64,000 nucleotides of DNA from NCBI GenBank assembly GCA_023667245.1, contig JAMPAL010000006.1:50-64049 (forward strand), in the 5' to 3' direction. Made by a program: the position numbers and the translations under genes. Below are positions 29,178-39,359 of the stretch, one piece after another (the stretch's first letter is position 1; each line of letters begins with the position of its first letter). The DNA comes from Anaeroplasma bactoclasticum (GTDB taxonomy: Bacteria; Bacillota_I; Bacilli_A; ML615J-28; CAG-313). The notes below the pieces were generated by a model. That model did no database searches and had not been told where the DNA came from. It saw only the letters and a program-made list of their open reading frames with translations.

Positions 29178-30443
29178 CTATTCTCCACTTTTATTTTCCA
29201 AAATAGCTTTTAAAATATAATTGGCTTTACCTGCACCTAAGAATACCCAAACCTCTTCTTTTTTTCCAATTTGATGAATGTCTAGTTCTTGTATCGTAGA
29301 AAAAGAGGCAAATATTTTATCCACTTTATCTTGCAATTTTTGACTGGTTTTCTCTCTTTTGGATGAAAACACATCTAGTAAATAGACACTATCATATAAT
29401 TTTAAAGCCTGAATAAATTCCTTCTTAAAATGAAATGTTCGCTCATAAGTATGTGGTTGGAATATAGCATGAACCTTATAGTGAGGATATTGTAAACGTA
29501 ATGTTTCATAAAGAGCCTTCATTTCGGTTGGATGATGTGCATAATCATCAATTAAAATACTATTGTGATAGGTATATGTCGTTAATCTTCGGTGTGGCAA
29601 TTGATCCTTTGTCAATGTTCGTGGTGTAAAGCCATTTAAGTATAATGTCATATAACTTGCTACATAGTTATAAATCATGTGACGCCCTAAATAGGGTACT
29701 TTTAAATACAAATTTCCACAGTAGTTAACTTGAATATAATAACATTGCGCAGTTGTACTCAAGATTTTGATTCGTATATCGTTTTTTTTGCCAAAGCCAA
29801 AAGTTAGTTTTTGAGGGTGCTTAATTTTAGAAGCTAGTGGGTCATCTCCATTGATGAGTACTGTTTTGGCTTGGCTCGCAAATTGCTGAAAAGCATGAAG
29901 CAATTGTTTTTTAGACTTGTAATAATCGGTATGATCTAGTTCAATATTATTGATAATTAGCCATTCTGGATGATAGGATAAAAAATGAGATTGATATTCA
30001 CAGGCCTCTAAAATAAGGTATTCACTTGGATAACTATCGCCTTCTCCATCACCAATAATAAAATTGCATTTTTTATCTAACATTTGGGTTAAGAAATAAG
30101 ACGTGGTTGTTTTGCCATGTGTTCCCGCCACAGCAATAATCTTTTTATGCAAATGTTGGCCAATAAAATCATGATAATATGCATAAGGATATTGACAACG
30201 CATAATTTCTTTTACTTCTTCATTATTGTCCTGATGGAAAGCATTTCCAATAATATAAAAAGCATTTCCTTGAATATTCGCTTTATCAAACGCAAATATA
30301 GGGATTTGCTTTTCTCTCAGTGAGTCTTCTGTAAAATAATATTCATCTGTATCACTTCCCACCACTTGATGTTGTTCTCCTTGAAGCATTTTTGCAAGAC
30401 TCGACATTCCGGTTCCCTTGATACCTACTAAATAATATTTCAT
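29178..30443 (-). CDS. murC: UDP-N-acetylmuramate--L-alanine ligase
   Basis: GIKGTGMSSLA, GTHGKTTT, EACEY, DDYAHHPTE, FQPHTY. Confidence 0.9.
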   Translation of the reverse strand: MKYYLVGIKGTGMSSLAKMLQGEQHQVVGSDTDEYYFTEDSLREKQIPIFAFDKANIQGNAFYIIGNAFHQDNNEEVKEIMRCQYPYAYYHDFIGQHLHKKIIAVAGTHGKTTTSYFLTQMLDKKCNFIIGDGEGDSYPSEYLILEACEYQSHFLSYHPEWLIINNIELDHTDYYKSKKQLLHAFQQFASQAKTVLINGDDPLASKIKHPQKLTFGFGKKNDIRIKILSTTAQCYYIQVNYCGNLYLKVPYLGRHMIYNYVASYMTLYLNGFTPRTLTKDQLPHRRLTTYTYHNSILIDDYAHHPTEMKALYETLRLQYPHYKVHAIFQPHTYERTFHFKKEFIQALKLYDSVYLLDVFSSKREKTSQKLQDKVDKIFASFSTIQELDIHQIGKKEEVWVFLGAGKANYILKAILENKSGE

Positions 30444-30457
30444 TTTATCACCTATTG

Positions 30458-30488
30458 TAATCTATGACAAATATCTACATTGGGTGAC
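30458..30488 (-). promoter_or_regulatory. sigmaK-like promoter upstream of murC
   Basis: Minus strand GTCAC-17 bp-CATAGATTA, compared with sigmaK consensus AC-16/17-CATA---TA, followed by RBS AGGTGA. Confidence 0.5.
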
Positions 30489-30501
30489 AATATTCTCTTG
30501 T

Positions 30502-31299
30502 TTATATTAAATCAATCTCGGGGATCTCATATCCATCATCATATATTTGAGATGATAAATGCTGTGTACACGTCATCTTCCCTAACATATCCTTTTCAAT
30601 TTGATATTGTTCTATACTATCAAAACATTTTAAGCGCAACTGACTATCAATTTGGATTGTTAATGTGACAGATTGAAAAACAGGATCTTGACTTAATTTG
30701 CCAAAACGACGCATTTGTTTCACCAAATGAACCGTTGAAAGTACTGGGTCCAATTGATACGTGATGATACACATATTTTCTTCTACAACTCTTGTTGAAC
30801 TTAAAATGGTATTGTCTTGGACCAAATACGTAAATAGCGTATCATGTGAAGGTAATTTACCATACTCATCTAGATAATCCGCTATAGATTTGCTGATAAC
30901 CTTTTTTTCATCACTATCATAATATTGCACTTGTTGATTATCGAATTGCAATCGATGCTCATGTTTTACAAATAACGAGTCTGTTACCATTGTGCTATAA
31001 AAACCTTCTGGCATAGCGTAAAGTTTAGTTGTTGTTGCCTGCTTATAGGAAATTAATCCTTTACGGGCAATGGTTTCGCCACTCGTTTCTATATAATAAT
31101 TCCCTTTTTCTGTTAAGCTTTGAATAACATGTTTCAAAAGTGCTTCATTCGTATAATCTGAAAAAATAGTTTTATTCATCATTACAGGAGGAAGAACCTG
31201 AGGATGATCTAAACCTATTTCCGTTTTACAGCCCGTAATCAATACCAAAGCCACATTCATACAAATCAATGTAAATCGTTTCAAATGTAGTTCCATCAT
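30502..31299 (-). CDS. Hypothetical lipoprotein
   Basis: RBS AAGGAG, lipobox LITGC, no recognised domain. Confidence 0.7.
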   Translation of the reverse strand: MMELHLKRFTLICMNVALVLITGCKTEIGLDHPQVLPPVMMNKTIFSDYTNEALLKHVIQSLTEKGNYYIETSGETIARKGLISYKQATTTKLYAMPEGFYSTMVTDSLFVKHEHRLQFDNQQVQYYDSDEKKVISKSIADYLDEYGKLPSHDTLFTYLVQDNTILSSTRVVEENMCIITYQLDPVLSTVHLVKQMRRFGKLSQDPVFQSVTLTIQIDSQLRLKCFDSIEQYQIEKDMLGKMTCTQHLSSQIYDDGYEIPEIDLI

Positions 31300-31436
31300 C
31301 GGTCTCCTTTCAAATAGCGTTATTATAGCACTTTTTTTATAAATAGTCAAATTTTGACAAAGTATTACAAAAATGTTACGATTTGAATTTTTCCTACAAA
31401 AAAAAGACTACTTCGTTTGTTACGTAGTCTTTTTCG

Positions 31437-32828
31437 TCATTTAGAACTATGATTGATTTGCTTAACTTCTGCTTCCCGTCTTTTGAAAACGCGTGGGAAA
31501 GATACAAAAATCACAATGGTCGTAATGATACCTGCTATAAAATCAGCTATTCCTTCTGATAAATAAACCCCTTTATAGCCCATCCAATGGGTTAATAAAA
31601 AGCAAAGTGGAATCAATATAATTACCTTCCTCAATACCGCAAGAAATAAAGCAGACAGAGATTGTCCTAAAGCTACATTGATATTTTGAAGTGTCATTTG
31701 GACAAAAAACATAATGGATCCCATCAAAAAATAAGGTGTATAGGAACGAACAATATCTTCTACTGTATCGCTAGCAGAAAACATATACGCATATACTTGA
31801 GGTATCGTGAGAGATACTGACCAAACAATGATGGCAAAAAGAAAAGCAATTAAAGTGATATACCGAATTCCCTCTTTTAAACGTTTGGCATTTCCTTTAC
31901 CATAATTGTAACTTACAAATGGTTGCATACCATAACCCAAACCATTCAGTGGAAGTGAAATCAATTGTAATGCACTAAGCATAATGGTTAACGCAGCAGT
32001 ATAATCTTGATTTCCTCCTGTTGACCATTTCAAATTAAGGTTAAAAACAATTTGAATGGCACATTCCGTTAATGTCATAATAAATGGCGAAATACCTAAC
32101 GAAAGAATACTGGCAATTCTTTTGAAATTCCATTTCATTTCTAGAATGCGGAGTCGAAATATGCTTTTTTTGGAAAGAAAGAAAAACATAATCCAAATAA
32201 AAGATATCAGTTGTGATAAAACAGTAGCCAAGCTAGCCCCATTTACACCCATACCTAGTGTAAAAATAAAGATAGGATCTAAGATAATATTCGCAAGTGC
32301 ACCAATTAAAACAGAAAGCATAGCCGTCAAAGCATATCCTTGAGCTGTAATAAATGGATTTAATCCTTGAGTAAAGATAACAAATAGTGTGCCACCTGAG
32401 TAAATTTGTAAATATGAAGTTGCAAAATCAACTGAGGCTAGTGGACATCCAAATAGGATAACAATATCCCTTGCAAAGAAAAAGGTAATCAAACTGATAA
32501 TAGAACCAGTCATAAATAATAGCATAAATGCAGTATTAAAAATATGATTGGCTTCTACTAGATGATTTTCACCTAGTTTCATACTCGCGCGCGGCGATCC
32601 ACCAAGTCCAATTAAATTTGCAAAAGCTTGAATGATTAAGGTGATTGGCAAAACAATCCCTAGTGCCGCAAGTGCCTCCATTCCTGATTCTTGGATTGCA
32701 GAAACATACATCCTATCAACAATATTATATAGAAATGTAATGAGTTGAGCTATTACTGCTGGAAGAGTAAGCCGGAATATCAGAGGAAGAATTTTCCCTT
32801 TTTCTAATTGCTCTGTTGTATTTTTCAT
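31437..32828 (-). CDS. MATE family efflux transporter (MepA-like)
   Basis: LYNIVDR, NIILDPIFIF, QPFVSYNYG; about 12 TM segments. Confidence 0.92.
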   Translation of the reverse strand: MKNTTEQLEKGKILPLIFRLTLPAVIAQLITFLYNIVDRMYVSAIQESGMEALAALGIVLPITLIIQAFANLIGLGGSPRASMKLGENHLVEANHIFNTAFMLLFMTGSIISLITFFFARDIVILFGCPLASVDFATSYLQIYSGGTLFVIFTQGLNPFITAQGYALTAMLSVLIGALANIILDPIFIFTLGMGVNGASLATVLSQLISFIWIMFFFLSKKSIFRLRILEMKWNFKRIASILSLGISPFIMTLTECAIQIVFNLNLKWSTGGNQDYTAALTIMLSALQLISLPLNGLGYGMQPFVSYNYGKGNAKRLKEGIRYITLIAFLFAIIVWSVSLTIPQVYAYMFSASDTVEDIVRSYTPYFLMGSIMFFVQMTLQNINVALGQSLSALFLAVLRKVIILIPLCFLLTHWMGYKGVYLSEGIADFIAGIITTIVIFVSFPRVFKRREAEVKQINHSSK

Positions 32829-32898
32829 AATGCCATCCCTTACTTTAAAAATGTATAACTACTATTTTATCATATCATAAGTCATTTTAAAAAAGCAG

Positions 32899-33044
32899 TT
32901 ATACTGCTTTTTCATCTTTTTGAATGTAAATTCGTTCATTCAAAACATCTAAAATTCAACACACCTCATCAAGAAAAATTGGTTTATTTTCTTTAGACGC
33001 TGCGTCATTTCTTTTTCATTCAATATCTATCTCAACTGTTCCAT
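32899..33044 (-). pseudogene. Possible decayed XRE/Cro-type HTH gene remnant or small RNA
   Basis: Broken frames MEQLR*ILNEKEMTQRL and FLDEVC*ILDVLNERI between a consensus promoter and a terminator. Confidence 0.3.
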
Positions 33045-33067
33045 AAAACACTCAACTAGATATCTTG

Positions 33068-33096
33068 ATTATACCAAAATAGACTTGTTTTGTCAA
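33068..33096 (-). promoter_or_regulatory. Consensus sigmaA promoter
   Basis: TTGACA-17-TATAAT with extended TG. Confidence 0.8.
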
Positions 33097-33158
33097 TTTG
33101 AAAAACAAAAAAGGACTTGGAAAAACCCAAATCCCGATTTTTGTAAGGTAATATGCGA

Positions 33159-33509
33159 TTAAGCACGACGTTCTTTGATACGAGCTGCTTTTGCAGAAAG
33201 AGAACGAATGTAACTTAATTTAGCACGACGTACTTTACCAAGACGTACAACTTCGATTTTCGCAATCATTGGTGAATGTACTGGGAAAATTTTTTCAACT
33301 CCAATACCTGAAGACATTTTACGTACTGTAAATGTAGCACTAATGCCTCCACCATGACGATAAATCACAAGACCTTCAAATATCTGAATTCTTTCTTTTT
33401 CGCCTTCTTTGATTCTTACGTGTACCTTAACAGTGTCACCAGCGCGGAACTCAGGAATATCATTTTTCATATAACCTTGAGTTACTGCTTGAATTAATTG
33501 TTGACTCAT
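33159..33509 (-). CDS. rplS: 50S ribosomal protein L19
   Basis: [26 protein letters not shown]. Confidence 0.98.
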   Translation of the reverse strand: MSQQLIQAVTQGYMKNDIPEFRAGDTVKVHVRIKEGEKERIQIFEGLVIYRHGGGISATFTVRKMSSGIGVEKIFPVHSPMIAKIEVVRLGKVRRAKLSYIRSLSAKAARIKERRA

Positions 33510-33527
33510 AATAAACTCTCCTTATCT

Positions 33528-33597
33528 TTCAATATTCATACATATACAAACAAGCCAAATAGAATATCTATTGGGTATATCAGCGGAATATCGTGCT
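33528..33597 (-). ncRNA. L19 ribosomal protein leader
   Basis: ACGATATTCCGCTG...ATGAATATTG hairpin preceding the rplS RBS, resembling the Bacillota L19 leader. Confidence 0.6.
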
Positions 33598-33696
33598 TTG
33601 ATATGACCGTAAGCTTCATATCCTTTGGTATTATACCATAATTTGTATGTTTTTTCAACTAATGCGAACTATAATTTGTAATATAACGTAACCTAT

Positions 33697-34467
33697 CTAT
33701 GATTGGTATTTTTGGGTATAGATCACCTGGTGGTGTGTAATATCTCTCATCGTATGTTTAAACATCTTTTCCGTTTCTTCTTTTTTGCTCTCTAGTGTAT
33801 AAGAATTCAAATAAATTACATCATACTCATCTTCTAGAGCCCAATTGATTTCTACCCATGGTGTAGAAAAGTAGTCTTCTTGAATTTCATTTTCCCAATT
33901 GTCTAAATAAGTATACATCAATAGGAATCGATATAATGTTTTCTTATTGTCTATTCTACCCCATTTTTCCTCAAATTCATCAAATTGCCACTTTGGTACA
34001 CGCATAGCAATTCTGTCTCTTGTTGGTGCATCAATAGGCTCTGCTCCGCTAATAGGCGCTTTCATATCCCGAATAACAATGGTCGAAAAACGTTTCATTT
34101 CTGTAAAAAGCCATTCGTTATATTTCGGATCAATCTCATGCCATACACTACTAAATACGATTAAACTTTTGCCTTTTGTTTGATTAACGAGAGCAACTAC
34201 TTCCTCCCAATGAGATGTAAATGTCATTTGTGGTGAAATGTGTTTAGCAATATCAATAATATCATCATTGATATCATACCCTACTAAAGTCGTATAAGAT
34301 TTATCTGTAACAGGTTCAATTCTACGCAGTAATCTTCCATTAGCACAACCAAATTCAACGATGAGTGAATATTCTGTAATATCAATATGCTTTAAAAAGT
34401 ATAATTTATCTTCCATTCCTTTTTCTAATTTTTTTATATATCCGTTTAAATCTTTCATTTTTCTCAC
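33697..34467 (-). CDS. Class I SAM-dependent methyltransferase-like protein
   Basis: IVEFGCANG motif I, VGYDI, FSSVWHE. Confidence 0.7.
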   Translation of the reverse strand: MRKMKDLNGYIKKLEKGMEDKLYFLKHIDITEYSLIVEFGCANGRLLRRIEPVTDKSYTTLVGYDINDDIIDIAKHISPQMTFTSHWEEVVALVNQTKGKSLIVFSSVWHEIDPKYNEWLFTEMKRFSTIVIRDMKAPISGAEPIDAPTRDRIAMRVPKWQFDEFEEKWGRIDNKKTLYRFLLMYTYLDNWENEIQEDYFSTPWVEINWALEDEYDVIYLNSYTLESKKEETEKMFKHTMRDITHHQVIYTQKYQS

Positions 34468-34605
34468 CTTCCCATTGTATTATACCAAAATTGGATATTT
34501 TTGTAAAGAGGCATTAAGATAAAAACGTTTTAAAAAAGAAAAATCGAATTGGTATGTTTTTATCTGAAATTATGGTATAATAGAATAGAAAGAAGGTATT
34601 GTTAT

Positions 34606-35460
34606 ATGTTAAAGATTGGCGAAGTTGGAAAATTTATTGTAAAAAGAGAAACGGATATCAGTTATACCCTTGCACCAGAAGATCCCGATCTTACAAACTA
34701 CATTTTTTTACATTTTAATCAAGCAACAAGAAGATTGGCTATTGGTGAAACCATCCATGCCTTCTTATATTATGATGGGAAAAAACGCCTTTGTGCCACA
34801 ATGGAGTCCCCTATCATTACAACACAACGATTTGATTTTGTTGAGGTAGTCAATCAGTGCGATGCCGGTGTATTTGTGAATATTGGTATTGCAAAAGACA
34901 TTTTACTTTCAACAGATTACTTGCCTACTAATCCTGTAGCATGGCCTAAAATTGGAGAGAAAATTCCTTGCATTTTGAAAGAAAAGAAAGAACAACTTGT
35001 TGCACGCATCATTACCAAGGAAGATTTAAAGCAGCAGCACATTCCTCCTCTTGAAGTCGGTATTACCATTTCTGCAACCGTTTGTCGTTTAACTTCTACT
35101 GGAATTGGACTTTATACTGATGCTTTCCAATATATTTATGTCCATAAAAGTATGACAAGAAAAAAATACCATTTAGGCGAAGTTGTGGATGTCCATATTA
35201 TCCATATCAATGAACACCTCGATGCCAATGGCAGTATGATTGCCCAAAAGGAGTTATCTCGTTTAGACGATGCAAAGGTACTTTTAAAAGAATTAGAAAG
35301 TTTTGGTGGTGTGTTACCTTTAGGAAATTTGTCTACACCAGAAGAAATTGCAAGACATACCCATATGAGCAAAAGTGCTTTTAAACGAGCTGTAGGCGCA
35401 TTATATAAAGAAAGAAAAATTCAAATTAGTGATTACCGAATTGAGCTGATTCAAAAATAA
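34606..35460 (+). CDS. cvfB: S1 RNA-binding protein CvfB/YitL
   Basis: GVFVNIGIAKDILL and C-terminal STPEEI...MSKSAFKRAVGALYK winged helix. Confidence 0.88.
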   Translation: MLKIGEVGKFIVKRETDISYTLAPEDPDLTNYIFLHFNQATRRLAIGETIHAFLYYDGKKRLCATMESPIITTQRFDFVEVVNQCDAGVFVNIGIAKDILLSTDYLPTNPVAWPKIGEKIPCILKEKKEQLVARIITKEDLKQQHIPPLEVGITISATVCRLTSTGIGLYTDAFQYIYVHKSMTRKKYHLGEVVDVHIIHINEHLDANGSMIAQKELSRLDDAKVLLKELESFGGVLPLGNLSTPEEIARHTHMSKSAFKRAVGALYKERKIQISDYRIELIQK

Positions 35461-35527
35461 AATCAGTACAATATCCTAGATGAATAAAAAAGAGTTCTAT
35501 ATAAGAAAAACTTATATAGAACTTTTT

Positions 35528-36217
35528 TTATGATTCGTGACGAAAACCTCTATACATAATTGAGGCAAGTAAAGCACCTACTAATGGTGCAATTAGAAAA
35601 ATCCACAATTGTTTTAGGCTATTCATATTGCCACCGATTGCCTCTAAAACAGCAGGGCCTAACGAACGTGCTGGATTTACTGATGTACCAGTGAATCCTA
35701 TACCAAACAAGTGAACTAATGTCAAAGCAAGGCCTATCACTACGCCAGAAATCGCGACATATTTGGATTTTGAAGTGACACCTAAAATAGCCATCACAAA
35801 GATAAATGTTAAAATGGTTTCTAACAAAAACGCTACAAGGTATTGAATGGTTTGAGATGCATATGCACTTGTAATGGTTGCTTGAATCGCATTTCCACCA
35901 AGTGTTTTAAACCCACCAAGAAAGGTTCCAAGTAACAAAGCACCTACTAAAGCACCCAAACATTGTGCTACAATATATCCAATCAATTCTTTGCCGTTTA
36001 TTTTTCGTGCAATAAACATCGCAAATGATACGGCTGGATTAATATGACACCCTGATATATTTCCAATTGAATACGCCATTGCAACAATCACAAGACCAAA
36101 AGCAAGCGATGTTGCAACAACACTGGCATTTGTCCATACCGCAACGCCACAAGCCAAGCACACCAATACTGCTGTACCTATAAATTCAGCTACACATTTT
36201 TTGAATAGATTCATCAT
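35528..36217 (-). CDS. MIP family channel (aquaporin Z-like)
   Basis: Two NPA motifs: SGCHINPAVS and TSVNPARS. Confidence 0.93.
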   Translation of the reverse strand: MMNLFKKCVAEFIGTAVLVCLACGVAVWTNASVVATSLAFGLVIVAMAYSIGNISGCHINPAVSFAMFIARKINGKELIGYIVAQCLGALVGALLLGTFLGGFKTLGGNAIQATITSAYASQTIQYLVAFLLETILTFIFVMAILGVTSKSKYVAISGVVIGLALTLVHLFGIGFTGTSVNPARSLGPAVLEAIGGNMNSLKQLWIFLIAPLVGALLASIMYRGFRHES

Positions 36218-36282
36218 ATTTCCTTCTTTTTTCTTTATTTTCAGTTATATGATGTGCTAGTTTTGAAATATTATTCCCTTAT

Positions 36283-39200
36283 TTATTGAAAAGTAATCGT
36301 AATCGTTGCCTTTTCAGCTAAAATTTGATCAATATGAACGGCAAAACGAGCAGAATGATTATCATACCAAGTTGCATTTTGATAGGTTGTCCCCTGTTGA
36401 AATAGATCTGAATTTTCACTATAGCCTTTTTTACTAATATCATTTCGTCCATCTGCTTCAACTAATGTAATCAAACGATGCGCACTATAAGAATTATTAT
36501 ATAAGGTTAGACTAAAAATATCAAAGCAATCAGCAGGCTGATTCAATGTTGCATCAATATGATAAATGCGAATACCTGATATACTAAATAAACCACTTTC
36601 TCCTTTGGCAAAAGCATTCAGATGAGTAGGTGTATAAAAATCAATAATATAGTATTCGTCAAAGAAAGTGCCATTCCATTCCTTACAAATGATCACACAA
36701 TCTCCACTTTCTGCGAAACTTTCTAATTCAACTGTAGTATTTTTTCCAGTTACAACAAGTGGTGTAACCCAACCTAACATCAATTTACTGTAGGCATTAT
36801 GATCGCCTACATTGTAGTCCATCATATCTCCGCCACCAATACCACCGCTTGGTCCTGTTGTTTCATCATAATCATAATAATCATCTAATCCTAATAAATG
36901 ACCCGTTTCATGAATAATGGTTTCCGCATTATATTGTACTTTCTTTCCTTGTAGTTCATCAAAAATGAATTGATAACTCATAAACATATAAAAATCAGCT
37001 TGTACTCCGTCATAATACACTTCTGTTTCAGTGTAATATTCAGTTGTAAACGCCCACCATAAACTATTATCACTTTGCGCATCATAATCTGTGGTATATA
37101 CAAGATAAATCGAATCAATATATCCATCTTGATCAGAATCATATTTTGCATAATCGATTTGACTATCATAATAGGCAAGAGCGGCTTCAATAATTGAAAA
37201 TTCTACATTATCTGGATACACATCTGTCTCATAGTTTTCATATTTTTCTAAATCTCGATTGTATTGTGCTTGTAATTGATTATAATAACTTACTGTATGT
37301 CCTGTTTGAAATGGTTCTAAAACAGTACCTTGAATATTCAATTTTCCATAAGATGATTTCAAATAATAACTATTTAAGCTTTCCCATCCTGTTGCCTCAC
37401 TTGTTCCAAAAAAGGCTGTTTCTAAATCCTTCACCATATTTTGAGGGGCAGGACAATCTGTAAACGCAATCGGAATGACAAGTACATCTACATCTCCTGT
37501 GGATGGCAATCCTTTGGTAATACCATAAGTGATCCCCGTTTCACTATCATAACCCATTTGGTCTAAAACACTATAAAGAGGGGCTTGTGTCATAGTAGGA
37601 TAAAAAGCATCTTGAGCTGCTTCTCTTACAGTAACACGACACGTCTTTTTCATTCCCTCATAAGTAAATGTGACTGGAAATTCACCTTTTGTATTTTCTT
37701 TGAATTTGGTTTCATATGTATAGGCACTAGAATCAAGCAATACCTTTTCTCCATTATTGTATACCGCATATACACCTACTTGATTCAAAATATCTAAGAG
37801 AGTTGTACCTACTTCTACTGATAATAAATCCGCAGTAAGTTCAAGAGAGGTTAGAACAACTGGATCACCTGGTTGATACCCTTTAGCAAATGTTGTAGCA
37901 GAGGTAACAACTAATTGATATCCATTATAATATCCGATATGAAGTTGAGATAAGCCAATGTTATCTCCTACTTTCATTGTTTGAAGGATATTGAATAATG
38001 TTGTCTTGGTACTACTATCTAGATGCTTTGAGAAGAAAACCGTAATCGTATCTTTACCTAATTCTACTTCAAATGAAACATCTTTTCCTGTTGTTGCATA
38101 ATTGGTAGGTAAACTGACCAATTTAGCAGAGGTTATATTCACTAAGTCATTAGCATAATCCGCTAGGGTAGTTTGATTGAAATGGTTTAACACAATGGGT
38201 TCTACTGTATAAGTATCTTCACAAGTGAGAATACTTGTTACATCTTTGATTTGATGAACGTTTTTATAAATATCAATTGTCCCAGCAACAGTAAGCGTTT
38301 GTCCCACCACAATTTCAGAAGCATAATCAGTATTAGATCCCATATAAACCAATATACCTTTGGTCCCATCATTTAAATAAAAATTATTACCATAAATACC
38401 TGTTACCATACCACTTACAGTCACATTGGCACCTGTTGACAATTCGTAAGCTGCCGCAATATTTTCTAATGTACCACCATTTAGGACTGCATCTGGAGCT
38501 TCAACTTTCGTTTGTCCCTGATTGCTAAATGTAATTTGATAGGTATACTCTAATGTTTCACCATCTAAAACATAGGTAGAATGGGCTATGATTTCAGAAA
38601 CTTGATTCCTTTCATTTAAAACAATGCTAAAGTCAAGGAAAGTTTCATTATCATAATCACCGAGTAATTGTTTAGCAACGGATTGCAATTTTTCCCCTTT
38701 TGGACAATAAGCAGTATCTACTTTTACAAAATCACTTGCGGATAGTACTCCCAAATCAATGATTTGAAATGCCATAATATAATAGATGTAATCACTATCT
38801 GTCTCATCAATGGCATACCATGTACCTTCTTCACAATATACATAATGCCACAATTGATTGATTTGGACCAAATATTCTGGAGTATCACTATAAGATAAAT
38901 CCAATTGACTCATGTTTCCATGTTGAAATGCACAAATGTATTCATTAGAAATACCACTACTACTGATAGACAATGTATATGCATAGTTATCATCAGATAG
39001 TGCCTCAGAAAGTAAATCCGCAACATACGTTTCCGTTTTTCCATAGTATGTTTTATCACCTGTATCTGTTGTACGAATGTGCGTATAAGTTGTGCCAATA
39101 CACTCTTCATTGTCATACCAACCACTAAATCTTACATTTTTACCTGGTTCAATGAGGTAGACACCCAGTTGAACTTCTTCTCCTTTTTCATATGTGGAAG

Positions 39201-39333
39201 GTTCAATATTTTCTTTTTGTCCATTGACATAATAAGAAATGGTATAGGTTTCTACTTTAGGTGTGGTTACATAGCATCCTGTTAGACATACTGTACAAAC
39301 CAGTGCACATAACATCATAATTCTTTTTTTCAT
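36283..39333 (-). CDS. M6 (immune inhibitor A-like) metalloprotease lipoprotein
   Basis: Lipobox LTGC, B-repeat (FSGWY), OB-fold-like and Ig-like segments, HETGHLLGLDDYY zinc motif. Confidence 0.85.
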   Translation of the reverse strand: MKKRIMMLCALVCTVCLTGCYVTTPKVETYTISYYVNGQKENIEPSTYEKGEEVQLGVYLIEPGKNVRFSGWYDNEECIGTTYTHIRTTDTGDKTYYGKTETYVADLLSEALSDDNYAYTLSISSSGISNEYICAFQHGNMSQLDLSYSDTPEYLVQINQLWHYVYCEEGTWYAIDETDSDYIYYIMAFQIIDLGVLSASDFVKVDTAYCPKGEKLQSVAKQLLGDYDNETFLDFSIVLNERNQVSEIIAHSTYVLDGETLEYTYQITFSNQGQTKVEAPDAVLNGGTLENIAAAYELSTGANVTVSGMVTGIYGNNFYLNDGTKGILVYMGSNTDYASEIVVGQTLTVAGTIDIYKNVHQIKDVTSILTCEDTYTVEPIVLNHFNQTTLADYANDLVNITSAKLVSLPTNYATTGKDVSFEVELGKDTITVFFSKHLDSSTKTTLFNILQTMKVGDNIGLSQLHIGYYNGYQLVVTSATTFAKGYQPGDPVVLTSLELTADLLSVEVGTTLLDILNQVGVYAVYNNGEKVLLDSSAYTYETKFKENTKGEFPVTFTYEGMKKTCRVTVREAAQDAFYPTMTQAPLYSVLDQMGYDSETGITYGITKGLPSTGDVDVLVIPIAFTDCPAPQNMVKDLETAFFGTSEATGWESLNSYYLKSSYGKLNIQGTVLEPFQTGHTVSYYNQLQAQYNRDLEKYENYETDVYPDNVEFSIIEAALAYYDSQIDYAKYDSDQDGYIDSIYLVYTTDYDAQSDNSLWWAFTTEYYTETEVYYDGVQADFYMFMSYQFIFDELQGKKVQYNAETIIHETGHLLGLDDYYDYDETTGPSGGIGGGDMMDYNVGDHNAYSKLMLGWVTPLVVTGKNTTVELESFAESGDCVIICKEWNGTFFDEYYIIDFYTPTHLNAFAKGESGLFSISGIRIYHIDATLNQPADCFDIFSLTLYNNSYSAHRLITLVEADGRNDISKKGYSENSDLFQQGTTYQNATWYDNHSARFAVHIDQILAEKATITITFQ

Positions 39334-39359
39334 ATTTTTTTCCTTCTTTCTATACTGCA

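Noticed and set aside
36240-36280. sigmaE-like TAATATT-15-CATATAAC upstream of the aquaporin gene
   Set aside because: The -10 is equally readable as sigmaA TATAAC and there is no sporulation context; ambiguous.
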